Of a stretch of 64,000 bases of DNA, positions 63,285 through 64,000 are shown one piece after another (positions within the stretch are counted from its first letter, which is position 1; the number at the start of each line of letters is the position of its first letter). Location of the stretch: NCBI GenBank assembly GCA_030141605.1, contig JAQGDQ010000194.1:310001-374000 (forward strand). The letters run 5' to 3'. The notes under the pieces are model-generated. The model ran no database searches. It was not told where the DNA came from and saw only the letters and a list, made by a program, of their open reading frames with translations. This stretch comes from Tubiluchus corallicola. Its lineage: Eukaryota; Animalia; Priapulida. Position numbers and translations under genes: made by a program.

Positions 63285-64000
63285 ATGAGTCGGGATTATC
63301 GCAAAGGCGATAAATTAAAGCTCAATTAGCAGCAGTTATAGCAGAGTCCTTTGCATTCAAGGCAGAAAGGCACCATAAAATTGAAGCACCTTAACGAGAA
63401 GCTAAGCTTAAAGACAAATGTGAACATTGAACGTAAAGCGGAACAAGCTAAATTTAAAGCTGACGAAGATACAAAATTTACAGCAGAAATTAAAGCCGAC
63501 GTAAAAATGGCAGAACTCTGTGTTTTTGAGGAAGGGGATGGAGAGAATACTTTAGCCCCCCCCCTGCTTTAGATGCAAATACAATAAATTTGCACACCAT
63601 AAATGAGAATGTGAAAAATGTAGAATCTCTGACTAAAGAAATTCAGACGACGAACCAATGTCCATCAGTATGGCAGAAAAGTGCCGTATGCTGCACAGCG
63701 GTGGTGCAGGCCCACAGGGATTGAATCCTATATTTATGAGAGACGAGTATAGTCAACTATTTGCCTTAATATGCCGCACCCGTATATCCAGGGTTATCTA
63801 GTATACCCATAAAACACGTATCTAATACTGTACCAACCAGCGGTCAGAATTGCCGGCGGATAACTGCTTCAATACCACATGAAACAGAACTGGCCAGAGC
63901 AGAAGGCACGAATGTGTTTCAAACAGGAATTTCATGTTTAAATATAGGCGCATCAAATTTCATGCCGTATCAATCGCCCATACAACCAATGTGGCAAAAC
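63285..64000 (+). pseudogene. Possible BEL/Pao gag N-terminal remnant
   Basis: Coiled-coil-like A/E/K-rich stretch plus LNIGASNFMP (LNPxAxxFxP-like); weak. Confidence 0.3.

Overview
AT-rich, repeat-laden genomic DNA, most likely from an invertebrate animal. The window lies inside one large minus-strand multi-exon gene for a secreted-type multidomain protease inhibitor; neither its start nor its stop is visible. I traced 16 in-frame GT-AG exons in this order: Cys-rich, WAP, thyroglobulin-1, antistasin, Cys-rich, WAP, Lustrin-type, Kazal, Kunitz x3, Kazal, Kunitz, Kazal, WAP, thyroglobulin-1. Two consecutive introns each hold a decayed copy of the same Polinton/Maverick (adintovirus-like) family. 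Copy A (~30400-38666) is left-truncated and carries major capsid, core-like, minor capsid, chromo-integrase, pX-like and ATPase genes. Copy B (41309-45226) is an internally deleted derivative with AGTAGT...ACTACT ends and a perfect TACACA target-site duplication. Both copies share a plus-strand cassette: an apparently intron-containing orphan gene, a conserved Polinton accessory gene and, most notably, a two-repeat TATA-binding-protein (TBP)-like gene. A tRNA-like Pol III A/B-box unit and TTAGGG-type repeats follow near the right terminus. The other introns contain MITEs, BEL/Pao, Copia-like and LINE remnants, and simple repeats. All family assignments come from motif recognition by eye; no database search was run.
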